Shown: positions 47,301 through 59,462, counted from the first letter of the stretch. The stretch is 64,000 nucleotides of DNA from Cyanophora paradoxa CCMP329 (GCA_004431415.1 QPMI01000655.1:62001-126000), one strand, 5' to 3'. Numbers and translations are program-made. Notes: generated by a model not told the origin, from the sequence alone.

Positions 47301-48064
47301 TGCTGGGGGAGGCGAAGGCCTCGCAGGAGGCGTTCATGCGGGACTTCGCGGCGATGCGGGCGCAGCTGGAGAAGGCGGACGAGGTGCGGGAGCAGGCGCT
47401 GGAGAAGGTGAAGCGGGAGCGGGCGGTGCTGCTGGAGAAGCTGCGGCAGCGCGAGGAGGAGGCGGACGCGATGCGGGCGGAGCGGGACGAGGAGCGGACG
47501 GTGCGGGAGGAGGCGGCGCGCGACGTGCGGGAGCTCGAGGAGCTCCTCTCGCAGATGCGCGACCGCGAGGTCGCCCTCGTCATGGAGCGCGCCGAGCTCA
47601 CCGAGCGCCTCGGCGGCGCTCCCGCCGACCACCCCCGCCCCGCCGCCCCGCCCCGCCTCCCGCCCCGCTCCAACGGCGGCCCGGGGCTCCGGCATGGCGG
47701 CGGCTGGGGCGGCGTCGCCCCCGCGGCGCCGCCCTCGGTGCACGACTCGATCACGTCGGTGCCGGACTCGGTGACGGACATGCCGGCGGCGCGGGAGGGC
47801 GGGCAGCGCGGCACGCGCACCGTCGGCGTCAACGGCGGCTACTTCGGCGGGCACGAGCAGCAGCAGGCGGCGCACGCCGGGCAGCACGACGACGGCTTCT
47901 GGGAGCGCGTGATGTCGGGCTCCGAGGCCCCGCAGTACGCCCCGGGCCACGGCCACGCCCGCCCGCCCCTCGCGAGCGGCGCCGGCGTCGGGGCCACCCC
48001 GAGCGTGTACGGCACCGCCAGCAACGGCCGCGGGCCCCGGCCGCACGGCGTCCGCCTCCTCTGA
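41380..48064 (+). CDS. BLTP3/UHRF1BP1-like bridge lipid-transfer protein (chorein-N) with PH domain and coiled coil
   Basis: N-terminus FSNFSQDNLRLGLLKGEVELKDL|EINQDVLQ..VPITSLGSEPIVAYVERIDV, YGLGERIGDGIRI, SVYATNSRWQ, IHVFKE. PH domain LKEGYIRLKGSSAFAGWKRRFAVL..MDEWIAAFQ. E/R-rich coiled coil. Confidence 0.82.
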
Positions 48065-48186
48065 GCTCTTAGCCCCCGCCCCCCTGCTTTGCTAGTGTCG
48101 AGAAGCGCGCTCAGCATGGATAGTGGTTCCCTCTGCTAGTTTTCTAACGTGCACATGCAGCCCCAAGGCCGGAGGGCGAGCTGCAA

Positions 48187-48701
48187 CTTGCATTTCAGAC
48201 ACGACCAACGACATCTGGACTAGCCTTAGTAGCTGTTTGGCTAGCAGTGGGCCGCCGGTCGAATCGTAAGGGCTCAGACAGATAGGCAAGCGACGTCGAA
48301 AATCGAAATTGAATACCGAAGCTCGAGATCGAAACCCTAGGTCTACTTACCCTACGGGCTTAAGATCGAAAGATCAGAGGTGCGGGCCGTGCCCGGAGGC
48401 TCGCCCGTTCCCGCCACGGACTGGCCCTAAGGGAGAGGAATGCTGCCCGAGGGGGCCGGAACCCCCACGAGCCCCGGACCGGGAGACCGGTACCGGGCCT
48501 CCCCCGCTCCCGAAGGTGCGTAAGGTGGAGCCGCATCGCGCCGCGTCGGATCGAAGCTGGGGTACTGGGGCCATCGCAATCCGTGCGGATCGCCTGCGCG
48601 ACGCCGCGCGCGCGAAATTAAATTCATTATATAAAACACGCGAAATCGAAATCGAAATCGAAGGGAGCGCACTGGTGCCCAATGTGAGTGCTGCTCGCCG
48701 A
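48187..48701. repeat. Dispersed repeat A, copy 1 (~515 bp)
   Basis: Near-identical to 55754-56265, from CTTGCATTTCAGACACG to GTGCTGCTCGCCGA. Confidence 0.95.
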
Positions 48702-49631
48702 AGAGCGCACAGAGGGATTGGGTGGCCTGCCAGAGCGGGGCGCGTGTAGATCCATACGGAACCCCTGCGCGCGCGACGTCGGCGCTCGACCGCGAGCGCC
48801 CGAAGCTTTAAAAAGAGGCAAGCTTGAATTTAAACAAGCTCGATCGCGTGCGCGCGCGCTGCGCATGCGCGTACCTGAGCGCGGCCTCTGTCGGGGAAGG
48901 AGCTGCGCAACGCATCGCGGGTGCACTCGTCGCCGCCGCCGAAGCGGGCCTCTAGATCTGCGGAATTATAAGTGCCCAGAAAATCAGACGACGTCGACGC
49001 GAACGACGCGACGTCGCGCGCGCGCGCGCTAGCGCTGCGCGGGGTGTGCTCACGAGGACCGCGTGGCAGCTTCGACGAGTTCCTGCGCGGAGAAGCGCAG
49101 ATCCCTTAGGAGGGAGCGCCCTGCGCGGGGCCGAATTTTCCGGAGTCAGGGCGCGCGAGAATCATATGCATGATCACCCTTCAGCACGCGAGCACGTGCG
49201 CGGGGCGGCGCGGGCGGGCGAAGCGAACCAGAACACGCCGCGCCCGGCCGCGCGGAGGCGGCCGTCGCAGCTTTGCTGTGTTGACCTGCGAGGACCGGCG
49301 GACTACCGCTTAGATCTAGATCCCAGCTTCGGCGCGGGGGTGGGAAGTTAAAGCAAAGATCACCTTTCTCGCGATGGGCGAAGAATGCGACCAGCCGAGG
49401 CAGCTCGGCCTTTTTATACATCGAGCTCGAGGGAGTTTTAGAGGAGCTCGAGATCTAGATCTAGATATCGATCTAGAGTCGAGCTCGAGCTCGACGCCCT
49501 GTACATATGCATCGACGCCCCCAAACTCGAGCTCGATCGCGAGCTATAGTAAACTCGAGCTCGATCGCGAGCTCAAGCTCGAATTCGAATTTAAGGCGCC
49601 AACACGGTGCGCCGCACGAAAGCGCGCGTGC

Positions 49632-49701
49632 TGCGATACAAACGAGCACGACCCCCGCTAGCGCACGTATGCTAGCGCTCGCCTCGCCCCGCTCTCGCGC
49701 C
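49632..49701. repeat. 70-bp repeat B, copy 1 (inverted relative to 56464-56533)
   Basis: TGCGATACAAACGAGCACGACCCCCGCTAGCGCACGTATGCTAGCGCTCGCCTCGCCCCGCTCTCGCGCC is the reverse complement of 56464-56533. Confidence 0.93.
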
Positions 49702-50021
49702 TCGCCTTTGACATGCGTAGGGTCAACTTGTCAACTTGCAAGGGTTGAGGGCGCCCGTCAAGCCGAGCCGTGGTGCCGGCTAGAGGCTGTACCCGCACAA
49801 GCTGCGGCTAGACAGCCGCGCGATCGGAGCCGGGGAGAGCCACGTGCACAGCAGCTACACACGCACGAGATTCTGAGTGCTGGGCCGCGTCCGCAGAGTG
49901 CATCAACACGCAAAAAGAGGAACGAAGGAACGCATCAGTGCAGCACATTAGCGGCAGTTTGCATCTTTAGGCGGGCAGCCGCTGAGCGGCAGTTTGCATC
50001 TGCAGGCGCACTGTCAAGACC

Positions 50022-51253
50022 ATGTCGCATCCTAAGGTGCATCTCCTTTGCTATCTGCAGTTTCTCCTCGTCGGAGCTCGACTGAACTTGACCGCTGCTC
50101 CGCTTGCAACCCAGGTGGTAGAAACTGCTCGCCGCTACCGCTTAGACGCGCATGCACAACAATTCGAGAGTCGGTTACCAAAGCTCGTGCGCGTCGCCTT
50201 GGTGCCTCGTCGTCTTGTGCCTCGCAAGCTCCAGATTCGAGGTTTAGGAAACAGCGGGGCCTCTCACAGACGCCAGATAAACACGCTTGCGGGATGCAGG
50301 AGCGGTCTAGAGATCGTGACGCAGCCCGTCCTCCCTCTGCGTCGCATAGCTAAGCATAGCTAGTGGCCCCTCATCGCTGGCCCTGCTGCGCGCCGCCTTC
50401 CCTCGCAAAGCGCGCTTACCGACAGCGCTCCCTCGCTCCGCGTGCACAGGTGGACGCGAGCCCGACGTTGCTGCGGGCGCAGCAGGTTTACGAGCCGCCG
50501 AAGCTCGCGGTCTCGACCGCGCCGACCGCCGGGACCGAGGGCGAACTGCGCCCCGCGTACCCTTCCCTGCGGTGCGCTGAGCTTGGCGCGCCGCGCCGCG
50601 CGGCCAGGCCCGCCGCCCGGGGGTCACGGCGGGGGGGGCGGCAGGAACGTGGCGGAGCGGGAGCGGGTGGGCCACTACGGGTGGGGCGTCGGGGGCCCGC
50701 TGGCGGCCCTCAACCTGAGCCCGCGGGCCTTCCTCTCCCAGCAGCCCGAGCAGCGCGACCACCTCACCGACGCCGCCACGTCAGCCCCGCCCCACCCCGC
50801 CCCGCCGTCGCGACAGGGACCGACTGCCGGCCTCGCGCGCGCGGGGGGGGCGATCAGGCGGTACCGGCGGCACAACGGGATGGCGATCGAGCGGCTGGAC
50901 TTCACGCGGCGGCACCGGCAGTGCGAGCTGCCGGGGGAGCCCTCGCACGACTTCAGCCTCAGGCGCGGCCCCCTCGAGGCCCCGCCCCGCCCCGCCCCGC
51001 CCGGCGCTGACCCGGGGGCGGGCGCAGCCGGATGCTGGGCCACGCGAGCCCGCGGCTGGACCCGCTCTCGCTGACGCAGATCTCGGCGCGGCTGAGCGAG
51101 CCCTTCGAGCGGACGTCGCCGCGCGTGCGGAGCCCGCGCCTCGCGATCGCCGCTGCGCACCGGCGCCCCGGGCGCGAGAGCGCCGCCTCCGTCGCCAGCA
51201 GCCTCGCCAGCGCCCTGCCCCCGCCCCGCTACGACCCCGTCCCCGCCTCCTAG
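50022..51253 (+). CDS. Hypothetical spliced protein
   Basis: Exon chain MSHPK|VVETARRYRLDAH..|VDASPTLLRAQQVYEPP..|NVAERERVGHYGWG..|YRRHNGMAIERLDF..|MLGHASPRLDPL..PAS* with typical introns; no recognised domain. Confidence 0.6.
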
Positions 51254-51494
51254 CGCCCCCTCGCCCCTCTCCAGGCCTCCCACTGCGCCGCCTCAGGGCC
51301 GCGTCTTTTTTGCGTCCCCGCCCGGCGCACCTTTTTCTAGCTAGATCTATACAGCATGCGCACTATACAGCTCTCAGATCACAGAAAAGCAATCATATCG
51401 CCCAGCATCGTCTGCAGCAAAAGCGAAAAAAAGAAAGAAGCCGGAACTAGGACTAGAACTAAAAGCGGGCCCTGATGGCAAGAGGGGGCCGCGC

Positions 51495-54400
51495 TCAGGA
51501 AAGCGGCGCCGCTGGAGGGGCGGGGGGCGGGGCCGGGGCGGAGGCGGGGCCGGGGGTGGGGAGGGGGCCGGAGTAGCCCGGGAGGGCGCGCGGTGAGACG
51601 AGGGAGGAGAGGAGGGCTGCATTCACGGCAGCGCGGCCGGGCCCCGAGGGGAGCCCGAGGGACTCGGCCGAGGCCTGCGCGGCGGTCCGCGCGAGGCTCC
51701 CCGGCTTGCCCGCCAGCCCGCTCCAGCGCTCCCCCCGCCGCCGCCCCACCCCCGAGCTCGAGGAGGCCAGTGAGGGGGCGCCGGGGGGCGGGTGCGGGCG
51801 GCGGGCGGAGTGCTGGAGCTCGCCAGGGCCGGCGCCGAGGCTGCTCGGCGTGTGGCTGAGCCCCGGCAGCGTCGGCGTCGAGTGCGAGACGAGGCTCTGC
51901 AGCGAGTGCGGCACGCCCACCTCCCGCTCCATCTGAGCGGCTCCGTCAGCGGCCCGGCGCGGCAAAGGGCGGAGGAGGGCGGGGCTCGAAGGGCGCACGC
52001 CGGCGGAGGAGTTGCGGCGGGCCGGGGGGCTCTCGCTGCGCCGCCCGCCGGCCTCTCCGCCTCGTGGTGCGCGGCGGCCCCGGCCCCGGCGCCGAGGACC
52101 TGCAGCGCGCTCGCCAGCGCCCGCGAGACCGGCTTCCCCGGGGCCCCGCCCCCGCCCTCGGCGGCCGCAGGCTCGGGGGCGGGAGTGGAGGCAGCCGCGG
52201 AGGCAGCCGCGGGGCGGGGGCGGGAGCGGGGCCGAGGGCGGGGCGGGGGCGGGGGCGACGGGGCCTGGGGACGGGGTGCGGGCAGGGGCGAGGCCCACGG
52301 GGAGAGGCGGGGTTGAGGGGTTGGGGCGGCGGGCTCCCGCACGCCGGCGCCGGCGCGGCGGAAGGAGCTGGAGCGCTCCTGCGAGGGCGGCGAGGGCTCC
52401 CCGAAGGGGCCGCCCCCTCCCACGCCTCCGGGCCCGGGGACGGCGGCGCCGGGGGGTCGCTCTCCGCGTTCCCCTCGGGGGAGGCCTGCGGGGCGGCTCG
52501 GGCGAGGGCGAGGTGTCGGCGCTGTGCGCGGCGGCGCTGAGCCGCTCCAGCGCGTGGGCGCGCGCGCGCGCCGCGGCCCCCGCCGGCAGCGACGGGACGC
52601 TGCGGCTGTGGTGCATCGCGCGGGGCCCGCCGGCCTCGTCGTGTCCCGAGGCGTGCGGCGGCTCCGAGGCGGCCCCCGCGAGGCCCGGCCCGTGCGGCCC
52701 GTGCGGGGCGTGCGGGGCGTGCGGGGCGTGCGGGGCGTGCGGGGCGGGGCGGCCGCCGAGGAGGAGCTCGTCGGGGCGGGGGCGAAGGCGCGCGCGGCCG
52801 CCGGACCTTCGTCCATCTTCAGCGTCGCCTCAAGGTGCCGCCGCCCCTCCGCCAGCACCTTCTCCCGCTTCGCCTCCCAGCGGCCCCGCGCCTGCGCCAC
52901 CCGCTCCTCCATCCGCGCCACGCTCTTGAGCACCCGGCTCAGCGCCTCGCTCCGCCGCTCCTGCGCCGCCGCCGCGGCGGGGTGGCCCCCGGCCGGGGCC
53001 CCCTCGGCGTCGGCGTCGGCGGCGGCGGCGACCTCGACGGCGGAGAGGCGTCGCATCTCGAGGACGGCCTCGGCGACGTGGCGGCCCTCGGCGGCCAGCT
53101 CCTCCGCGCGCTGCTCGAGGCTCCCGTGCTGCTCCTCGAGCACCCGCACGAGCTCCTCCACGCGGCCCCGCAGCGCCTCCCGCTCCTCCAGTACCGCCTC
53201 GAGCCGCTGCTCCAGCTCCGCGTGCTCGGGGAGCGCGCAGCGGGCCGGCCCGTCGAGCTCCGGCGTCCGCGCCGCCACGGAGACGCTCCGCACCAGCGCG
53301 GGGCTCCGCGTGCGCGCCCAGGGGGCCGGGCTCAGCGAGGAGAGGCCCGGCCCCGGCGACGGGCCCACCCCGGCCTCCGCCGTCAGGCTGCGCCGCGAAG
53401 CGAGTCGGAGGCAGATGCGGGCGGGGCGAAGCGGGGGCAGCGGAGTCGCACATGGGGCTGGCGTGCACGGAGCGGTCCACACGCGTCGCGGGGCTCCTCG
53501 AGCGGCCCCGGCCCCGGCCCCTGCTGCGCCCCGCCCCGCTCGGCCCGCCCCAGGCGCGCACGAGCTTGCACGGGCGGGGCGCGGCGCACGCGGAGGCGGT
53601 GGAGGGGAGCGGGGGACGGGCGTGCCGCCCAGGATGCCCCGAGGCCCGCCGCCGCCGCCGCCGCCAGCGCCGCCTCCTCCGCCGCCCCTCGGCCTCCATC
53701 GCCGCCTCGGCCCCCACCGCACCTTCCTCCTCCCCTCCCCCTCCCCCTCCTCTTCCGTTTCCTCCGCCGCCTCCGTCGCGGCGGCGGCCGGTTCCGCGCC
53801 GGCCGCGTCGGCCGCCTCGGGTGCCGCCCCGACCTCGGCACGGGCGGCGGCGGCGGCGGCGGCGGCGGCCTCGTCGGCGGCGTCGGCGCGGGCCTCGGCG
53901 TCGGCGAGGGCGGCCCGCACGGCCTCGACCTGGCCCCGCAGCACCTCCATCTCCTCGCCGTGCCCGCAGTCGCGCCCCCGCGCCTCCGCGAGCTCCCCCT
54001 CGAGCTCCGCCACGCGGGCCCGCAGCGCCTCGGCCTCGGCGGCCTCGCCGCGGAGCCGCTGGGCGGCGGCGTCGAGGCGCTCGCGGTCGGCGAGGAGGCG
54101 CTGGACCTGCTCCAGCGCCGCCTCCCGCTCCCGCTGCGCCGCCTGCGCCCGCCCCTCCGCCGCCCCCCGCCCCTCCTCCGCAGCCACCTTCTCCTGCATG
54201 TCTGCCCCGCCGTCACCGCCCCGCCCGTCTCAAGCTCTCGAGGGGCCTCGGGGGTCGCACAGGCGGCGGCGCGGGTCTTGGCGCGCTCGGCGTCGGCGCG
54301 GGCGGCCTCGTTGGCCTCGACGGCGGCGGCGAGCTCGCCCTGCAGCCGCTCGTAGGCCCGGTCCCGCGCGTGCAGCACCTCCTGCAGCTCCTGCTGCCGC

Positions 54401-55569
54401 ATCTCCAGGTCCCACGCCCTGCGCGCGCGCCCGCCCCGGACAGCTCAGCGCGGCCACGCGGGGGCGCCCGCTCTCCGCCGCGCACTTCTGGGCGCTCTCC
54501 TTGGACTCCTTTGCCATGCTCTTGATCATCGAGCGGAGCTCCTCCACCTCCCTGCCCCGCGCCCCGGGTGAGGGGGAGCGCCCCACGCGCCGCCGCGCCG
54601 CGCCGCGCACGTCGAGCGCTGCGCCTTCTTCACCGCCTCGGACGCCGCGTCCAGCTTCGTCTGCAGCGCTGCGGCGGCCGCGATCAACCAGCGCGCGGGG
54701 GGCCGCGCTCGCAGCGGAAGCGGAAGCGGATGCGAGGGCGGGGGGCGGGCGGGCGCACTCTGCATCTGCCTGACGTGGAACTCGAGGACCTCGCCCTTCT
54801 TCGCGGCGACGCGGGCGGCCTCGCCGGAGAGCTCGTCGAAGACGGCGGAGGCGGCGGGGAGCTCCGCCGAGGCCGGCTCCCAGTCCTGCAGGTCCTCCCC
54901 CTCCGCCACCGACCGGAACCACGCGATCATCTGCCGCCGGCGTCACGAGCGGGCGCCGGCGGTCGCCGCCGCCCCGAGAGGGGACCTGGAGCAGCAGGGC
55001 CATGCGCTCGGAGCTCTTCTGCGCCCACTCGCTCATGACGCCGGCCACGTTGCCGCGGTTCTTCAGGACGCCCCGCGCCTCCTCGCCCAGGTCGAAGAAC
55101 TCGGCCGCCTGCTCCCCCTTGGCCTCCACCACCGCCGGCGCATCCTCGATTTCCTCGAGCGCGTGGAAGCGGGCCATCACCGCCTGTGCTCCGCGCGCAG
55201 CGTCGGCGTCGGACGCGCGCCGCCGCTAGCTGCGCCATGCCCCCTGCGGGGGGGCGAGTGCACCTTCATTGCTGACACGGTGCTGTTGACCTCGCCCTTG
55301 TTCTGCACGCCCGGGGCGGAGCTCGGGCGCGCCGCCGGCCGCGCGTGACCATGCTCCGGAAAGCGCGCGTCCCGTGCGAGCGTGAGCTGGCGCACGACGC
55401 TTGCCCGTTTCCTCCACTTCTTACCCCAGGCTAGCGGGTAAACCGCCGCCGCTAGCCGCGGGTTTTCAGCTATGATCCGCGCCGAAGGCGGGCCCTCCGA
55501 CGGCAGCGTCTCCAGCACGCTCGTGTCCTCCGGCACGAGGCCTCGCGTGGCAACGCGCCGCATCGCCAT
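51495..55569 (-). CDS. Hypothetical coiled-coil protein with low-complexity C-terminus
   Basis: E/A/R-rich heptad exons (EELRSMIKSMAKESKE, DMQEKVAAEE, ELEQRLEAVLEEREALR) separated by typical introns. True start may lie up to ~55760. Confidence 0.65.
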
Positions 55570-55753
55570 GCGCGTGCGGATCGCCTCTTGTTGGCTGCTG
55601 CCAGCCGACTTCGTCGATGATGCTGGGAAGGGAGCCGCCGCTCAGCTGGTGACTTGGATGCGCATTTCTTAGCGCGGCCGACGCGGCCGACAAGGCCGGG
55701 ACCGCTCTTTCAGGAACAGACCGCACGGGGTACACCCGCACAGAACGTGGACC

Positions 55754-56265
55754 CTTGCATTTCAGACACGACCAACGACATCTGGACTAGCCTTAGTAGC
55801 TGTTTGGCTAGCAGTGGGCCGCCGGTCGAATCGTAAGGGCTCAGACAGATAGGCAAGTGACGTCGAAAATCGAAATCGAATACCGAAGCTCGAGATCGAA
55901 ACCCTAGGTCTACTTACCCTACGGGCTTAAGATCGAAAGATCAGAGGTGCGGGCCGTGCCCGGAGGCTCGCCCGTTCCCGCCACGGACTGGCCGCTAAGG
56001 GAGAGGAATGCTGCCCGAGGGGGCCGGAACCCCCACGAGCCCCGGACCGGGAGACCGGTACCGGGCCTCCCCCGCTCCCGAAGGTGCGTAAGGTGGAGCC
56101 GCATCGCGCCGCGTCGGATCGAAGCTGGGGTACTGGGGCCATCGCAATCCGTGCGGATCGCCTGCGCGACGCGCGCGCGCGCGAAATTAAATCAAAATTT
56201 TAAACGAAATCGAAATCGAAGGGATCCGGAGCGCACTGGTGCCCAATGTGAGTGCTGCTCGCCGA
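55754..56265. repeat. Dispersed repeat A, copy 2
   Basis: Direct near-identical copy of 48187-48701 with a few substitutions and micro-indels. Confidence 0.95.
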
Positions 56266-56463
56266 TGGCGATGGCGTAGCACGCGTTGCCCTCGTTCATG
56301 AACCCGAGGCGGGGCCCCAGGACGGCGGCACCCCAGACGGCGGGGCCGATCTGGCGCCGGGGGCGGGGGGCGCACGTCAGTCGGGCAAAGGCGAAAGCAA
56401 GAGGCGACCGCGGTCGATCGAGCGGGCAGATGCGAAAGCAGCCGGGATGGCGTCGGGCCAGAT

Positions 56464-56533
56464 GGCGCGAGAGCGGGGCGAGGCGAGCGCTAGCATACGT
56501 GCGCTAGCGGGGGTCGTGCTCGTTTGTATCGCA
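56464..56533. repeat. 70-bp repeat B, copy 2
   Basis: Reverse complement of 49632-49701. Confidence 0.93.
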
Positions 56534-57047
56534 CCGTGTTCATTCCTGGTCGTTCGCGGGAGGCTGGCCGTGCGGGGCGTGAGCGGGGTTGAAAGGCGCA
56601 GTGCGCGGGGAGACTCACTGTAGCGCTGTTTTCCGGCGTGGTCGGCGTAGCCTGCTCGCGCAGGGCCCTGCAGCTGTCCGTTCTGCGAGCGTGAAGGGGT
56701 ACTGCAACTGTGAGCTTTCGTCCAACTTTCGTCCAACTTTCTCCCTTTAAACGCGCTTCGCGCAGCTTCACGGGCCCCCTGGCGCTCCTGAGCGCTACGA
56801 AGCGCTTCCAGAGACCGCGCGCCTCGCCGGAGCCATGGCCGTCGAAGGTGCGCTGCGCGCGCTGCAGTGCCGCGTCCAGCGCGCGATCGGTCGCTCTCCG
56901 TCGATCATATGTATTCGATCGCGTTTATTTTGGGCTTCAGCGGCCGCGCGCTTCAGCCGCTGCGAAGGTCTTAGCCGTCTTGCTATCTCGAGCTGAAGCG
57001 AGCGTTCAACGGTTACGCAATTGATTTTCGCTCAAACACGATTCGCC

Positions 57048-59462
57048 ATGCAGCGTGCGGCGTGTGCTGGCGCGGCAAACGAGTTGTCGCCCTGGAGTTC
57101 ACGATTCTCCACGAGGGTGGCGAATCGAGGCGACTCTGCAAGAAGAAGGTGCGATAATCTTCTCTCAGCGCTTACGGGACTTTCTTTTGGCGAACTTCTC
57201 GCGACAGCACGAATTCAGCCCCGTGCAGCTCGTCTTCGACCCTCGCGATGGCTGGAAAGAGTGCGCGCGTGCGATTCGACCTGCGCGGGCTCTCTTTTTA
57301 TCATCGCGAATTCAGGCACATTGCGGAGCCGCGCGTGACCCAGCGCGGATGGTGCGGATCGAAGCGCAGCCGAGCGCGCGCCGGCGCCCGCCAGGCCTAG
57401 GTCGCGTCTCAGCGAATTCGAACTGATTGGCATGCGGCCGCAGGGTCGACAACGCTAAGACGAAGATATGCAAGGCCAATTTGCAGGGATCCTGCACCGC
57501 AGGTGCCGACACGCCGGTCCTTCGCATGTGACGTGTAGCGTCGTTGTTTCCGGCCGCTGACGCCCGGCGGCCTACTCAGGCGGCGCCTGCCGCTACGCGC
57601 ACGGCTTCGCGGGTGCGTTATCTCGTGCTGCATGAGCTGCCGCGCGCGTGCGGTCTGACGAAGGCGGGGGGCGCGGGCAGAGCTGGAGAAGCACCTTGAG
57701 AAGTTCCTGGAGACGAAGGAGCGCGTGAAGCGCGCCAAGAGCCTCGCCGCCGAGCTCTCAGGCGGCATCGCACTCGACGCCGCCCACGGCGGACCGCAGG
57801 CCAGTTCCGCGGCCGGCGCGGCGGCGTCGAGAAGGGTTCGGCCTGGGCGCGACAAGCGGCGGCAGCGGGCGGCATCGGCGGAGGCGGGGACGCCGGACCG
57901 AGGCACGCCGGCGCCGCCGCCGCCGACGCCGGTGCCGGAGGAGGAGGCGGCGGAGGCGCTCGCTGAGCGCGTCGCCTCGGCGGGCCTGGCGACGCCGCCG
58001 CCGCGCAGCCCGCCCCCGAGGGTCGCCGAGACGGGGCGCCGCACCTTCGCCGCCGCGCTCGCAGGCCGCCCGGCCCCGCCGGCCCCGCAGCGGCCGCCCT
58101 CGCCCCGCGCGATGCTCGTCCTGCGGCGGCGCGGCTCGGCGCTCTCGGAGGGGTCGGCGCCGGCCCTGGCGCGCCCGGGCACGCCCCCGTCCGGCTCCTC
58201 TGGCGCCGCCTCGGCCGCCTCCAGCCCCCGGCGGCGTTTTCCTTGAGCTCGGCTTCCAGCGCCGGTGGGGCGGGGCCGGCCTCGCCGGACGCGCGGCCGG
58301 CCCTCCTGCCCACCCGCCCCTCCACCTCCCGCCCGCCGCCCTCGAGCCCTCCAGGGCCCCGCGCTCCGCGCAGGCCGCTCGGCCGGCCCTCCCCGCGACG
58401 GTGCCCCGATCTGCTTCTTTCCGAAAAGACCGCCCGCCGCCGACGCTGTCGCCGCAGGCGCTGCTGAATGTGCCGGGGGACCGCTTTGGCCCGGACCTCC
58501 TCTCACCGCCCGCCGCCGCCGCCGCCGCCGCCGCCCGCCGCCTGCGCCACCGGCCCGCGCCTCGCCGCTCTTCTCCAACGGCAACGTCGCAGACACAGCG
58601 AATCTGCGCCTCCCGGGCACGCACCCGGCTCCGCCGCCGGGCTTCCCGGCCCGCCCGCCGCCGGCACCCGGCGTCGCGCCCGCGGATATCTCGCCCCCCG
58701 CGCTTCCCCGCTGCCTGCACCGCCGGCGGCCGCCGCCGCGGGGCCGGCCCCGCCGCCCGAGTTCGTGGACCCTCTCTCTGGCGCCCTCTTCCGCGACCCC
58801 GGTGCGCCCTGCCGCGCCCCGCCCCGCCCCGCCGCGCCCCGCCGCCCGGCCCCTCGAGCGCCGGGGCAGTGGTGTGCAGCGACGGGATGAGCTACGAGCG
58901 GGCGACGATCGAGGCCTGGCTCTTGTACAGCGACCGCTCACCAGCCACCGGCGCCCGCCTCCCCTCCCGCGTCCGCGCCCTGCCCCCTGCCGCCCTCTCT
59001 CCAGCCGACGCTTCCCCGCAGGTCCTGTACCCCAACCTGGCTCTGAAGGCGGCCCTCTCCCGCTGGGCCGCCGCCGCAGCGGTCTCCGCCTCCGCGGCCG
59101 AGCCGGCAGCCGGAGGCGCCGCAGCTCTGCGCCCGCGCTCGCTCTCGGAGGCCGGCCCCGGGTTCCGCCCGCTGCGGGTGGACCGCGGGGCGGCGCAGGC
59201 GGCGGCGGAGGCGGCGGCGTCGCGGGCGGCGTGCGGGCCGGCGGCTGCGCCGGCGCGTGCGCGGTATGGCTCGATCGAGGAGGCGGTGGCGCTGGGCGCT
59301 CTCTCCCTGGGCCCCGCCGCGCCGCCCCTCGCGGAGGCCGAGGAGGAGGAGGAGGAGGACGGGCCGCACGTCGCAGCCATCGAGCGCGAGGCCGGCCGCG
59401 CCGCCGCCCCCGCATCCCCGCACCCGCCCCTGCACCCCGCACTCGGCCTCCCCGAGGAGTAG
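57048..59462 (+). CDS. CCCH zinc finger plus U-box protein (putative RNA-binding E3 ligase)
   Basis: Spliced KTKICKANLQGSCTA|GGACRYAHGFA|EL (C-x7-C-x5-C-x3-H). U-box PPPEFVDPLSGALFRDP|VVCSDGMSYERATIEAWL..SPATGARL..|VLYPNLALKAALSRW. Confidence 0.83.

Noticed and set aside
44291-48046. Very long ORFs in the track (44291-48046 -, 10876-13917 +, 33295-36315 -, 26516-28696 +)
   Set aside because: Antisense or shadow frames of real genes. Stop codons are rare at this GC content and the products are low-complexity R/G/A/P.
48330-48345. Telomere seed or telomerase template (AAACCCTAG)
   Set aside because: Single copy per repeat with no tandem array or supporting structure.
48343-48520. Repeat A as a U1 snRNA gene (TACTTACC...GATC)
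   Set aside because: No ATTGCAC loop II, no Sm site at the expected distance, and the homology block is far longer than U1.
48187-56265. LTR retrotransposon bounded by the two A repeats
   Set aside because: No TG..CA termini, TSD, PBS/PPT or gag-pol; the interior holds intron-containing host genes.
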